From: Octopus vulgaris
Lineage: Eukaryota
Direction of reading: 5' to 3'
NCBI GenBank assembly: GCA_951406725.2
Contig: OX597836.1
Location: 19,406,001 to 19,470,000 of the forward strand
DNA: 64,000 nucleotides
In this document: piece by piece, positions 13,157 to 26,565 of the stretch
Position numbering within the stretch: the stretch's first letter is position 1
Layout of the letters: every line of letters starts with the position of its first letter
Made by a program: the position numbers and the translations under genes
Notes under the pieces: model-generated
Seen by the model: the letters and a program-made list of their open reading frames with translations, nothing else
What the model was told of the DNA's origin: nothing
Databases searched by the model: none

Positions 13157-13784
13157 TAGTAGAAAGGTATTGAAGAATGGACTTAGCAAATTGCGTTTAG
13201 TATGTATTAACCAATAAACATAATTTACTAATTCCATTCTTTGATACTTTTGTATTTGATTATATACTCTATTGATGCTTTGTAGATTTTTGTATTTCTG
13301 GTGCAGTGGTGTCCTAAGAGACCGTCCCATTTTTCAACTTTCATATATCTGCGGGTGTGTTTTTTTTTATCAGGTAAATGTCTTCGTTTTATATCCCAAT
13401 ATAGCATAATTCACCTACTATATATACAAATATACAGACACACATACACACAATTTTAAACTCTAGAATGTAAAATATTACAATTGTTCAGACAGCAATT
13501 ATAAAAAAAAAAAAAAAAAGGCAATTAAAAACAGGTTTCAAAGGCTCCATAAAGTATCTCAAGTAGCAAAAGATATGAAATAGATAGATGAACATATCTC
13601 AAACACAGAGATAAAGTAATATGAGACATAACAAACACAATGATATACTGAATAGGGTTTGATCAATGGAAGAAGAAAGAAAAGGACCCACCGAGCAGGA
13701 AGATGAGTGCACTAAATAACTGATAAGACAAAGTAAACATTATGTCTGATTTCACATTATATATATAAATATATATATACATAC

Positions 13785-13829
<45 letters not shown>

Positions 13830-14111
13830 CATATGGGGAGAGTTTACGAAAAAAACAAGAGAGGAAGACAGGTGGTGTACAAAACCAACAATTGTATTAG
13901 TATAATGCGCAGGAATAGAAAAAGTCTTTAATGTTTCGAGCCTATGCTCTTCTACAGAAAGGGACACAGAAAAAAACAAGGAGAGGAAAAAATGTGTGTG
14001 TAGTGGCGAACGATCTATCATGGCGACTGACTGCCAGACATAAGGGTCACACACGAGAGGGAAGAAGTAGGGGAGATAACATGAAGGTGCATGTGTGTGT
14101 ATATATATATG

Positions 14112-14142
<31 letters not shown>

Positions 14143-14509
14143 ACACATAATGACAAAAGCTTAGCCATTACTTTTGAGCAAGATTGAAATGCTAGCTTTT
14201 ACCATGCATTACCTAATCATTTTAGGTATCTGTGTATTCATGACCAGACAAAGACACCTTCTATCGTTGGCTCAGCCAGACATCAACAGTATGACACATA
14301 AAGCAACAGAGGGCGACACAATCACTCCAACATTACTCAATCTCAGTTATTTCATTTCTGTCTATATATCTTTCATCTTTTACATATTTCAATCAAAGAA
14401 GTACGTGTACTTCTGCTGTGACCTCTATATCAGGGCTGAGGTGAGTTTCCACGATTGCTATGCATAGGGGTTGACTGCATGCAGTAAGATCTCTCAGGAA
14501 AGAAATTTT

Positions 14510-14515
14510 GTATAC

Positions 14516-14548
<33 letters not shown>

Positions 14549-14559
14549 CGCATACACAC

Positions 14560-14628
<69 letters not shown>

Positions 14629-15250
14629 TATATATACATATATGCACATATATATATATATACATATATACATATATGTATATGCACATATATATATACA
14701 TATATACATATATGCACATATATATATATATACATATATACATATATGCACATATATATATACACACACATATATATATACACACACATATATATATACA
14801 CACACACACATATATATATATATACATATATATATACATATATATACACATATATATATATACACACATATATATACACACATATATATACACACACATA
14901 TATATACACACATATATATACACACATATATATATACACACACATATATACACATATATATATATACACACACATATATATATATACACACACATATATA
15001 TATATATACACATATATATATATACACATATATATATATATACACATATATATACACACACACACATATATATATATATACACATATATATATACACATA
15101 TATATATACACACACATATATATATACACACACATATATATACACATATATATATATATATATTTACATATACACATATATATATATACAAATATATATA
15201 TATATATATATACATACAAATATATATACAGATATATATATACATATATC
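14510..15250. repeat. Long compound (TA)n/(CA)n microsatellite
   Basis: Direct reading. Confidence 0.95.
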
Positions 15251-15783
15251 TCTAGAACACTATGAATGTATACTAATGTATACTATACTAAACAGTCCTG
15301 CTCCCTTCGCTGGATTCCCGCACCATTTCCCCTAAACTAGCTTCCGGTTGCACCTCTATGTCTTAAAATCCTGTCCCACGTGCTCCCTACCATTCCATTC
15401 TCTCACCTATTCTTCTCCATTGCCAAGCTGAGTCTCGTTTCCATCCTTTATTCACTCGTTTGCCATTAACACTTTAAATGCATTGTTTACTAACAGCTAA
15501 TTTTCTCAGAAGCTAATTAAATTAGGATAATTACTCGTCTCTTGGCCTGTTTAATTTCGTATTCCTTGTTTCTCTAGTTTAATTTCTCATCCGTCATGAA
15601 CAACACTATGAATGTATACTATACTAAACCCCCCCTGCTACTTATGTTAGACTCTCGTACCGTTTTCCCAAATTAAACTCGTTTTTTTTCACGGTGCGCC
15701 CACCCTTGTCCTTCCCCCCCACCACCAATACCGGATATCTCAATCTTTACCCTGATCTTTATCTGTCTTCTCCCCATCTCCCT

Positions 15784-16194
15784 TTTACTCTTTTACTTGT
15801 TTCAGTCATTTGACTGCGGCCATGCTGAAGCACCGCCTTTAATCGAGCAACTCGACCCCGGGACTTATTCTTTTGTAAGCCCAGTACGTATTCTATCGGT
15901 CTCTTTTGCCGAACCACTAAGTAATGGGGGACATAGACACACCAGCATCGGTTGTCAAGCAATGCTAGGGGGAACAAACACAGACACACAAACATACACA
16001 TGCATATATATATATATATATATACATATATACGATAGGCTTCTTTTCAGTTTCCGTCTACCAAATCCACTCACAAGGCTTTGGTCGGCCCGAGGCTATA
16101 GCAGAAGACACTTGCCCAAGGTGCCGTGCAGTGGGACTGAACCTGGAACCATGTGGTTGGTAAACAAGCTACTTACCACACAGCCACTCCTGCG
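15784..16194 (-). mobile_element. SINE family A full-length copy
   Basis: Reverse complement of 1337-1757. Confidence 0.85.
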
Positions 16195-16844
16195 CCGGAT
16201 ATCTCTCCCTCCTCCCACCACCATTACCTGATGTCTCTTCTCTCCCCTGCTCCTCCTCACTGAGTTGTTCTCTATATATTACCTGCACTCTTCCTCTCTC
16301 ACTCTCTCTCTCCTGGGACATATGCAACTAACTCAGTTGCCCTTTGTTTCATTTCGTTCTGTCCAGCAATTTCTCACCACCGATACCAGATGTCTCTTCT
16401 CTGAATCCTTCTTCCTCTCTGGTGCTGTTCTCTAAACTACCTGTACCCCAACTCTCTCCCCGAAAAACGCAACTAACTCAGCTACCCACCTACTTAACCG
16501 ACTATCCTTCATTTCGGTTCGTCCCATTGAGAAATATTCCAACAACTACCCAGTAATTTTCCATGCACATATCAATTGCAGGAGACAGCTAATGGGCTGT
16601 ACGTGTGTGCTTGTTCACCTGTGTCTGTGTGCGTGCTTGTGTGTGTGTATGGATGAACTTGCTTCCTCTCTATCTGTCTGAAATCACCCTCACCCCACCC
16701 TCATACGATGAATATAATGCTTATATTCACAATGCCACTAACACTGAAAACACCTAATCCTACCTCTAGTGGTGGCTACGATCTTAATCCTAACACAATT
16801 GAATGTTTGAATGATGTCAGGACGGAAGCGAGAACAGATGAAGC

Positions 16845-17580
16845 ATGTAACCTTTTAATCTGCAACATTAATTTCAGGAAACCAGACAGCCACCTCATAA
16901 CTGCTAGCCAGATTGATTTCATCCTCACCAGACAGCGGGACGCAGGGTTGCTCTTAAATACAAAGACACTCCCGGGTGAAGAATGTACCCACCCAGCATA
17001 GTCTAGTCATTAGTGACTTTAGGCTCGAGGCCAGAAGGATACCAAGAAGCAGACCAATCCAGAAAAGAAGGATTTGGAAGCTAAAGAACCCTTCACATGG
17101 TCAGAGATTTAGGGACATCCTCATCAAGAAATTTGATAAGAGGGAGGAGGAGCTACAGACATCTGACATAGAAGGTAGCTGGAAATTCCTACGGGACAGC
17201 TTGCTGAGTGCCACAGGCCAAGTCTTCAGATGGTGCAAAGTCCCTTTCAGACCTAGAGTTATGTGGTGGTGGAATAGTTTGGTAGACAAAGCCATTAGAG
17301 CAAAGAAACAGGCCTGGAAAGCCTGGAAGGGTAGGGGTAGCAGGGAACTGTACCAGGTAGCCAAAAGGGAGGCTTGGTGGCAGGTATACATAGCCAAAGG
17401 CGAAGCAGTTAAGAAGAAGTTTGTCAATGTCCCGCGATGTGAGGACCAAAGAACTGTGGTATTTCGGATTGCAAGATAATTGTGATGTCACAGAAGAGAA
17501 ACGTATCCGCATGGATGATGGTGCACTTGCTTTTAATGATTTCAGAAAAGAAAGAAGCTTGGAGAAGCTATTATGAAAGT
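16845..17580 (+). mobile_element. RTE LINE fragment (homologous to about 11380-12120)
   Basis: ICNINFRKP...SQIDFIL...RIWKLK...MWWWNSLVDKAIRAKKQAWKAWK. Confidence 0.88.
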
Positions 17581-17666
17581 AAATTTCTAAAAAACTGACT
17601 ACCCTATATTTTACGTGTATATATATATAGAGAGAGAGATAGATAGATAGATAGATAGATAGATAC

Positions 17667-19139
17667 AGCTATAATGTAAATCCTGTCTCTGTGTGTGTAT
17701 GTAAAAGTTTATAACGGCTGTATTTTTCAACTGATTTTCTCCATACTGGGAACATATATTACTGATGTTCCAGGGATGGTTTCAGACTCCACATAATGAG
17801 TAATGGGGCCTCCTGGGAGTGGAAAACACCTGTTCCTGGGTTATGTGGATAAGGGAGGTAATTCTTTGCGAAGTAACGTTCAGAAATTGATTGTCTCCCT
17901 TACATCCATTGGTCATAAAAAAGTGAAAAATATTGATTTTTATAACAGATTCACATCTTTGAAAGTTTTTCAAAATATTTACTTCCAGTTTTCTAGTGTC
18001 AGTGATGTCTATATATCTCTATCTATATCTCTCTATCTCCCTGTATCTCTCTATCTGGTTCCTTTGTTCACTGACAAATTTCACTTCAACTTGTACAATA
18101 CTTTATTTTCCATAAAAATTTCTTATTTACTTTCTGCCTGTCATATTAAGAAATATAATTTCCGTCACCCAGTTATTTTCATTGTTTACTACCTTCTGCA
18201 CTTGTGTATGTCTGTATACGTATATAACCATGCCTAGAAGGAGAGTGTTAATTTTGTCTACAATGTCAAGGTCAGCCAAAAGAACGTCACTGTCCAGGGA
18301 AAGAGAGACAGCTGCAGAAAGAGAAGCATAGCAAGAAACGAACAGACTGTGCACTACAAAAGCGAGAGCATCTCAAAGCGATGAACAGAAGAATGCACGG
18401 CTGACAAGGAATAGGATCTCCACTGCAGAACGAAGAGCAGTTGCAATAGCTCAGACAAGCAACTTCTATGAAGCAGCTTTCAATTATGATCCAGTGGTTC
18501 ATTATGCAGATGACACTAGAGTTTCCATTGGTGCAATTACAACTGAGTGCATACATTGTAAAGCAATGGAGTGGCCTAGATTGACACCTGCACTGTGCTG
18601 CAGTGGTGGAAAGGTTAAACTCCCAGCAATCCCCCAACCTCCAGAGCAATTGAAGAAGCTGTTGTCATCGGCTGACCAAGATTCCAAGCACTTCCAAAAC
18701 AAAATTAGACAATACAACACTGCACTACAGATGACATCATTTTGAGCCACATGAGATTTAACTGATCCAGGATTCATGCAAACTTTCAAGATCCAAGGTC
18801 AAGTTTATCATCAGTTCGGCTCTCTACTACCTCTGTCAAATGAATCACCAAAATCACCCTTTCATTATTTATAATCTGTACCTGTTTTTTGGTTACGAAA
18901 TAGGCTACATAAAATGTATTTTTGAATTACATGTATTTATTTTATATACAAATATGAGTTGAAAACTTTCTTTTAAAATTTCACTTTATGTCTACGTTCC
19001 ATGCTGGCATGGGTTGGAGAGTTATTAATGTGGAAGGTTAGTATCTCAGCTTCTAGTAGTTGAGACCTGAGTTATCTAGACGGCATTTTGAAATCTCCTT
19101 ATTCTCTTTAACCTGGGAAACACCGGGTATTTCTGCTAG
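17667..19139 (+). mobile_element. Internally deleted Helitron with a RepHel N-terminal fragment
   Basis: CIHCKAMEW...CCSGGKVKLP...FQNKIRQYNTALQMTSF*...FKIQGQVYHQFGSLLP (18494-18835); 3' hairpin-like acctgggaaacaccgggt, then CTAG (19136-19139) followed by T. The 5' boundary is approximate. Confidence 0.85.
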
Positions 19140-19154
19140 TATATACATACATAC

Positions 19155-19430
19155 ATCATCATCATCATCGTTTAATGTCCGTTTTCCATGCTAGCACGGG
19201 TTGGACAGTTTGACCGGGGTCTGGGAAGTCAGGGGGCTGCACCAGGCTCCAGTCTGATCTAGCAGTGTTTCTACAGCTGGATGCCCTTCCTAATGCCAAC
19301 CACTCCATGAGTGTAGTGGGTGCTTTTTATGTGCCACCGGCACAGGTATCACAACTACAATTTCCGTTTGATATTTATTTTGATGTTGATGTACTTGACT
19401 CAATAGGTCTCCTCAAGCACAGCAGGTCAT
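19155..19430 (-). mobile_element. Repeat family B copy
   Basis: Family B tail and core. Confidence 0.8.
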
Positions 19431-19489
19431 ATATGTATATACATACATACATATATATATAAATAAATAAATAGATAAATATATATATT

Positions 19490-20420
19490 GTGAAGTATAT
19501 TTGCTACCTAAATGTGGCTGACCTATATGGGACAATGCTACTGTAGTTTATAGCTTCAAGAAGACATCTCCAGCTGGCTGACAACACACTGTCTATGCCT
19601 GATCAGTATTTGCGAAGGAAAATCATTGTTACCATCTCTAGCCTGATGTGATACACATAGACCTGGGTTTCTGAGTAGTAACCTGTCATCAGCGTGACAA
19701 TCTCTGGCTAGGGATGAGATGTGATTCTGAACGCAAAATACTATATGCTTTTTCCAGTGACAAATGGTCGCTGATCTCAGAAAAGGAGAAACGAGCAATA
19801 TTAAATCTCTGAGCAAGATGTAAACAGTAGCAGCATAACATCATGAAGTATATTTGCCAACTAAATATGGTTGACCCATATGGGACGATGCTACTGTAGT
19901 TTATAGCCCCAGGACGACATCTCCTCCAGCTGGCTAACAACACACTGTCTGTGCCCGATCAGTATTTGCGAAGGGAAATCATCATTCCCATCTCTAGCCT
20001 GACGTGATACACATGGACCAGGCTAGGGATGAGACGTGATACCGAACGGAAAATACTCTATGCTTTTTCCAGTGACAAAGCACCATCCGAGCGTGGCCGT
20101 CTACCAGCCTCGTCTGGCACCTGTGTCGGTGGCACATAAAAAACGCCATCCGAGCGTGGCCGTCTGTCAGCCTCGACTGGCACCTGTGTCGGTGGCACAT
20201 AAAATCACCCACTACACTCTCGGAGTGGTTGGCGTTAGGAAGGGCATCCAGCTGTAGAAACACTGCCAGATCTGACTGACCTGGTGCAGCCTTCGGGCTT
20301 GCCAGACCCCAGTTGAACCGTCCAACCCATGCTAGCATGGAAAGCGGACGTTAAACGATGATGATGATGATGAAACAGTCACTGATCTCAAAAAAGGAGA
20401 AACAAGCAAGCAATAATAAT
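19490..20420 (+). repeat. Tandem about 330-bp duplication; second copy split by a family B insertion (20080-20372)
   Basis: tgaagtatatttgc...ttccagtgacaaa...ctgatctca..aaaggagaaac at 19491-19800 and at 19844-20079 + 20373-20415. Confidence 0.8.
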
Positions 20421-20444
20421 CTCTACTACCCATAAACCCAGAGA

Positions 20445-21140
20445 AAGTTGTCATGGCGATACCCGCTCAGAGCCCAATACAAAGCTGCAGAAACTTTATG
20501 GAGAGGAGTATGTGAGCCACACACAAGTATACAAGGGGTTCAGACATTTCCAGGATGGCTGCAAAAACGTTGATATTGACGAATGTTCTGGGAGACCTGC
20601 AACCAGCACAACTGAGGAAAGTATTGCAGATGTGCATGCAGCTGTGAGAGGAAATCATTGGATCGGTAACCATGGGTTACCAGAGGATGTGCAGATTAGT
20701 TATGGTTCAGTTCAGTCCATCTTCACTGAAGATTTGGGTTATGAGATGCGTGTCTGCCGAATCTGTGCCAAAACTGCTTTCAGCTGACCAAAGTGAGATT
20801 TGGGTTTCAGTTGCACAAAATCTCCTTGAGTGTGTTGAGAATGATGAAAACATTTTGAAAACTTTGCATGGACCTCTGAGCAGGTATCGCCAACCTTTCG
20901 GCAAAATTTTATGCAGATTCTCTGCTCAACCTTCTCTGTCATGGTCAATGTGACAAAACACACAGTACACACATTATTTCCAAGTGCTGCTGTAAGCAGT
21001 GGATGTGAGCTAGACCATTAAGACTTGCTGTGCATGCACAAGAGAGTGCAAGGTCAATCTGTGCCAAGTGGTTTCACTCTGCATGCTTTAGCTTCATTAC
21101 TATGGCAACAGCCCGGATACTTATTGATCATACCACATAT
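20445..21140. mobile_element. Rearranged mariner/Tc1 remnant (HTH region on +, N-terminus and TIR on -)
   Basis: Plus strand: SHTQVYKGFRHFQDGCKNVDIDECSGRP...VPKLLSADQ. Minus strand: MTEKVEQRICIKFCRKVGDTCSE. TIR-like tatgtggtatgatcaataagtatccgg at about 21138-21112. Confidence 0.8.
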
Positions 21141-21154
21141 ATATGTATGCATAC

Positions 21155-21202
<48 letters not shown>

Positions 21203-21229
21203 ATGTGTATATATATATATATATATAAT

Positions 21230-21549
21230 GATACCAGTGCCGGTGGTACATAAGAGAACCATCCGAACGTGGCCGTTGCCAGCGCCGCCCCGACTGGCCT
21301 CGTGCCGGTGGCACGTAAAAAGCACCATCCGATTGTGGCCGTTTGCCAGCCTCGTCTGGCACCTGTGCCAGTGGCACGTAAAAAGCACCCACTACACTCA
21401 CGGAGTGGTTGGCATTAGGAAGGGCATCCAGCCGTAGAAACATTGCCAGATCTGATTGGGCCTGGTGCAGCCTTCTGGCTTCCCAGACCCCAGTTGAACT
21501 GTCCAACCCATGCTAGCATGGAAAGCGGACGCTAAACGATGATGATGAT
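21230..21549 (+). mobile_element. Repeat family B copy
   Basis: Family B core and (GAT)n tail. Confidence 0.8.
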
Positions 21550-21796
21550 ATATGCGTGTATGCATGTTTTTGTATATGTCTTTGTGTCTGTATTTGTCCT
21601 CCTGTCACTGCTTCACAACCAATGTTGGTGTGTTTACTTCCATGTAAGTTAGCGGTTCAGCAAAAGAGAATGATATAATAAGTACTAGGACTTAAAAATA
21701 AGTCCAGGGATCGATTTGTTTGACTAAAACCCTTCACAGCAGTACTCCAGTATAGCTGCAATCAAATGACTGAAACAACTAAAAGAATAAAAGTAT

Positions 21797-22200
21797 ATCA
21801 TCATCATCATCATCATCATCATTGTTTAACGTCTGTTTTCCATGCTAGCATGGGTTGGACGATTCGACAGGGGTCTGGGAAGCCAGAAGGCTGCACCAGG
21901 CTCAAGTCTGATCTGGCAGTGTTTCTACAGCTGGATGCCCTTCCTAACGCCAACCACTCTGAGTTTAGTGGGTACTTTTTACGTGCCACTGGCACGGAAG
22001 CCAGTCAAGGCAGCGCTGCCATCAGCCATGTTAGGATGGTGCTTTTTACGTGTCACCGGCACAGGGATCACAGCTACAATTTCCATTGATTTTTGATGTT
22101 GATGTACTTGACTCAATAGGTCTCCTCAAGCACAGGGTCGAAACGGTGTTTCTTTAGTTGCTACCTGCACAGGAGTCAGTCCAGCGGCACTGGCAACGGC
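21797..22200 (-). mobile_element. Repeat family B copy
   Basis: Family B core and tail, inverted relative to 21230-21549. Confidence 0.8.
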
Positions 22201-22234
22201 CAGGAGCCAGTCATAGGATTTGGTTCAATATGTA

Positions 22235-22650
22235 TCTCTATATATATAAATGGCAAAATGTTTGCGCGTGTGTCCTTTATACAAATCCACAATTTTTCAA
22301 TTAGAGGGCTCGCACTTTCTATGGGCATTTAAAACCGTCCAAGGGTGGTCGTGCACATCTTTACATTTCCCCAGTCACCCCGCAAAGCCATTAAAAAAAT
22401 CAATAGAAGTGACTTTTTTGTGAATTTTCTATCCAAAACCCAATCAAAATGCCCGAAACTTGATATGCCAATTGAATGCCAGCTAGCTGTATGTGATTGG
22501 TCGGAGATTTGGACAGTACTCGCGTGTATGTGCGCATGCACACACGCAGCTGTATATGCATGCACTAGCACTATGACCCGGCAACAAAGAGGAGATGGGA
22601 GATTTATTTACAACCCAAACTTTTTTATTAAAAAGTTTTCTACAGCATAT
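22235..22650 (+). mobile_element. Probable non-autonomous Helitron 5' part
   Basis: Starts A|TCTCTATATATATAAA, like the element at 36694; no 3' CTAG end was located. Confidence 0.4.
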
Positions 22651-22653
22651 ATA

Positions 22654-23070
22654 CCTATTTCTTTACTACCCAGAAGGGGCTAAACACAGAGGGAACAAAC
22701 AAGGACAGACATAGGTATTAAGTCGATTACATCGACCCCAGTGCGTAACTGGTACTTAATTTATCGACCCCGGAAGGATGAAAGGCAAAGTCGACCTCGG
22801 CGGAATTTGAACTCACAACGTAACGCAGACGAAATACCTATTTCTTTATTACCCACAAGGGGCTAAACACAGATAGGACAAACAAGGACAGACATAGGTA
22901 TTAAGTTGATTACATCGACCCCAGTGCGTAACTGGTACTTAATTTATCGACCCCGAAAGGATGAAAGGCAAAGTCGACCTCGGCGGAATTTGAACTCAGA
23001 ACGTAGCGGCAGACGAAATACGGCTACGCATTTCGCCCGGCGTGCTAACGTTTCTGCCAGCTCGCCGCCT
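22654..23070 (-). mobile_element. Two tandem SINE family C copies (one partial, one full)
   Basis: cctatttcttta...gaaata unit repeated, then the full head ggcggcgagctggcagaaacg. Confidence 0.85.
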
Positions 23071-23483
23071 TATATACCATTGACCTATGTATGTTATATA
23101 CAGCATATATACCACTGACCTATGTATGTTTTGACTGCAGTGACTACACGTTGCTCTGTATGCAATTAAGCATCCTAGTCGCAGCTGTTTATAATGTTTT
23201 CAGCATGAACTGATTCAAACAGGCATCCTTCGTCAAAGGTTATTGTGTTATTTTTTTAAAATCCAGTGAAACTCTGGTCTTATAATCACTTCTACTGGTA
23301 TTGCAGTTGAATAGGAACACGGACCTGCCCAACAAGTTAAGTTTACCAGTACCAGTACCTCTTTTAAGCTTTAGTACTACGTAATTGGACTGTTGTGGAT
23401 AGCCGGCATCTATACCCTTTTGTGAGATAATACAGTATCGGCCAGGAAAATTTATCCCTTTTATACTAAATTCAATGTATTTA

Positions 23484-23524
<41 letters not shown>

Positions 23525-23820
23525 CACCGTGGTCACCGTGACCAACCAGAATATCAGATGTTGCTACACATCGCTGGTCACAATGCGCTTTGCATTGTTT
23601 TAGCCTTCAAGTGACTCCACCCCGCTGGCTAAGCGAGCAAGACAACAGAAGAAAGAGTGAGAGAAAGCTGTGGCGAAAGAGTACAGCAGGGATCACTACC
23701 ACTGCTGGAGCCTCATGGAGCTTTAGGTATTTTCGCTCAATAAACACTCACAACGCCTGGTCTGGGAATCGAAACCGCGATCCTACAACCGCGAGTCCGC
23801 TGCCCTAACCACTGGGCCAT
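23525..23820 (-). mobile_element. SINE family E (tRNA-derived head TGGCCCAGTGGTTAGGGCAGCGGACTCGCGG)
   Basis: Head shared with 50348-50731, 51902-52286 and 55783-55925. Confidence 0.8.
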
Positions 23821-23863
23821 ATATATATACATACATACATACATACATATATATATGTATATT

Positions 23864-24455
23864 TCATCATCATCATCAATGTCCATTGTCCATACTGGTA
23901 TGGATTGGACAGTTTGACCAGGGCTGGCAAGCTGAGGGTCTGCACCAAATTCCAGTCTGATTTGGTATGGTGCCTACGGCTGGATGACCTTCCTAATGCC
24001 AACCACTCCAAGAGTGCAATGGGTACTTTTACATGCCACCGGCACAGGTGCCAGATGTGTGACACCAGAATCTGCCACAACTATGATTTCACTTGGTTTG
24101 ATGGGTCTTCTTCTCAAGCACAGCATATTGCCAAAGATCTTGGTCATTTGTCATTGCACCTGTGAGGCCCAACATTTCAAGATCATGCTTCACCACCTCA
24201 TCCCATGTCTTCCTGGGTCTACCTCTTCCACAGGTTCCCTCCACAGTTAGAGATCGGCACTTCTTTACACAGCTGGCCTTGTCCACGCACATCACATGAC
24301 CATACCAGCACAGTCGTCTCTCTTGCACACGATATCTGAGACCTCTTATCCTCAACTTTCCTCTCAAAACACTTACACTCTGTTATACATGCACACTGAC
24401 TCACATTGCACATCAAGCACAGCATACTAGCTTCATTGCTTTCAAGCCTACATGT
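23864..24455 (-). mobile_element. RTE LINE 3' end (homologous to 1760-2375)
   Basis: RRLCWYGHVM...GRGRPRKTWDEVVKHDL followed by 3'UTR and (GAT)n. Confidence 0.88.
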
Positions 24456-24859
24456 CCTATAAATGTATATATGTATCATCATCATCATCGTTTAACATCC
24501 GTTTTCCATGCTAGCATGGGTTGGACGGTTCAATCAGGGTCTGTAAAGCCAGGAGGCTGCACCAGGCTCCAGTCTGATCTGGCGCCTGGTGCAGCCTCCT
24601 GGCTTCCCAGACCCCAGATATATATGTATATATCTAATTTTTTAGACTAATAGGTATTTTGTTATTTAGTGTGTTGATATGTTGAGTAAAGCACTAGCAC
24701 AGTTTGGGCTACCTGGTATCATCCGCCGTTGGGGTATATTTCCATTGGATCTACTTCAGGAATTCTGCAGTGTTGGTTGAGATAATAATCAATTAATGAA
24801 ACAAAGGATATGTATGATGATCATTTCGACCCATCCTTTACGTGTGGGATAATGTACAT

Positions 24860-25518
24860 CGAGTGTGATCGTTACCAGCGTCGCCTTACTGGCACTTGTG
24901 CCCGTGCTAGTAAGGTGCCAAGAGCACCATCCGAGCGTGATCGTCGCCAGAGCAGCCAGTTGGCTTCCCTGCCGGTGGCACGTAAAAGGGCACCATTTGA
25001 GCGTGATCATTACCAACATCGCCTTACTGGCACCTGTGCTGGTGGCATGTGTAAAAAGATTCGAGCAAGGTCGTTGCCAGTACCTATTTCTTTACTACCC
25101 ACAAGGGGCTAAACACAGAGAGGACAATCAAGGACAGACAAACGGATTAAGTGGGTTACAGCGACCCCAGTGCATAACTGGTACTTAATTTATCGACCCC
25201 GAAAGGATGAAAGGCAAAGTTGACCTCAGCGGAATTTGAACTCACAACGTAACGACAGACGAAATACGGCTGCACATTTCGCCCGGCGTGCTAATGTTTC
25301 TGCCAGCTCCAGTACCGCCTGACTGGCCCTCGTGCCGGTGGCACGTAAAAAGCACCCACTACACTCTCGGAGTGGTTGGTGTTAGGAAGGGCATCCAGCT
25401 GTAGAAACTCTGCCAGATCAAGATTGGAGCCTGGTGCAGCCATCTGGTTCGCCAGCCCTCAGTCAAATCGTCCAACCCATGCTAGCATGGAAAGCGGGCG
25501 TTAAACGATGATGATGAT
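24860..25518 (+). mobile_element. Family B copy interrupted by SINE C (25085-25309, minus) with TSD cagtacc
   Basis: cagtacc flanks the C insertion on both sides (25078-25084 and 25310-25316). Confidence 0.8.
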
Positions 25519-26289
25519 ATTGTGTTGCATCAATTTTGCAGTCTGGGTCATATCAGGTACATGCATACATAAAGTGATGCCCCGCTAAAAATATTGAGCT
25601 CAGGCAGCTGTGTTGGTCTTTGCCCGCCTCATTAGGGAGTGGAGTTTTGCTATCATTGTCCTTATGTTAAATATTCATAACAAATAATTGTAAATATAAA
25701 AATATAAATTGTAGAAAAGAAAAAAGCATATACAAGAGAAAGTGTGTTGAAAGGAAATATAGACAGGGTGAGACCTGCTAAAGAAGGATTAGATATAGAT
25801 AGGGTGAGGCCTGTTAAGGAGGAATTAGACTGCATTAAGTTCGAAGGGAAGGATGGGTACTACAATTGCTAACACAGGGGATGGGGAAGGGATGTGCTTG
25901 GGCACATACATACACATTCACACACATGCATGCACATATACCCACATGGAGACATAGGCACCCACATACACCCTTACCCATGTAGGTCATAAGCTCTTAC
26001 AGTCCTACGATAAAAGATAAATCAATAAATGATAAATCTCGGGAGATACACACAGTAAAAGCCTGTCATCACAGTTATTGTGGGATGAAGATGGGGATCT
26101 GGGTGGGTGTCATGTGGGAGACTGCGTGGTGCTTGCTTTAACAATAGCACACTGGATTGTTGGTTCGTCCATTGGTCACAGATGACCGGACACATTCGGA
26201 TGTATACAATTATATGTATAGACACATGTACACACTCATAATGGCATATTTAACTCTTATCTATATATACATACATATATATGTATGTA

Positions 26290-26565
26290 TATATAGATAT
26301 ACTCACACACATTGGTGTTTGTATATATTTCTTTACTGCCCACAAGGGGCTAAACATAGAGAGGACAAACAAGGACAGACAAAGGGATTAAGTCGATTAC
26401 ATCAAACCCAGTGCGAAATAAATAAAGTACCAGTTTCACACTGGGGTCGATGTAATCGACTTAATCCCTTTGTCTGTCCTTGTTTGTCCCCTCTATGTTT
26501 AGCCCCTTGTGGGCAGTAAAGAAATATATACAAACACCAATGTGTGTGTGTATATCTATATATAC
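26290..26565. repeat. Fold-back duplication of a SINE C tail plus flank
   Basis: cattggtgtttgtatatatttctttactgcccacaagggg... mirrors ...ccccttgtgggcagtaaagaaatatatacaaacaccaatg. Confidence 0.9.

Noticed and set aside
14393-15335. Long YI/HT-rich ORFs (also 4857-5465, 28851-29463, 54041-54429, 57502-60717)
   Set aside because: Translations of (TA)n/(CA)n microsatellites.
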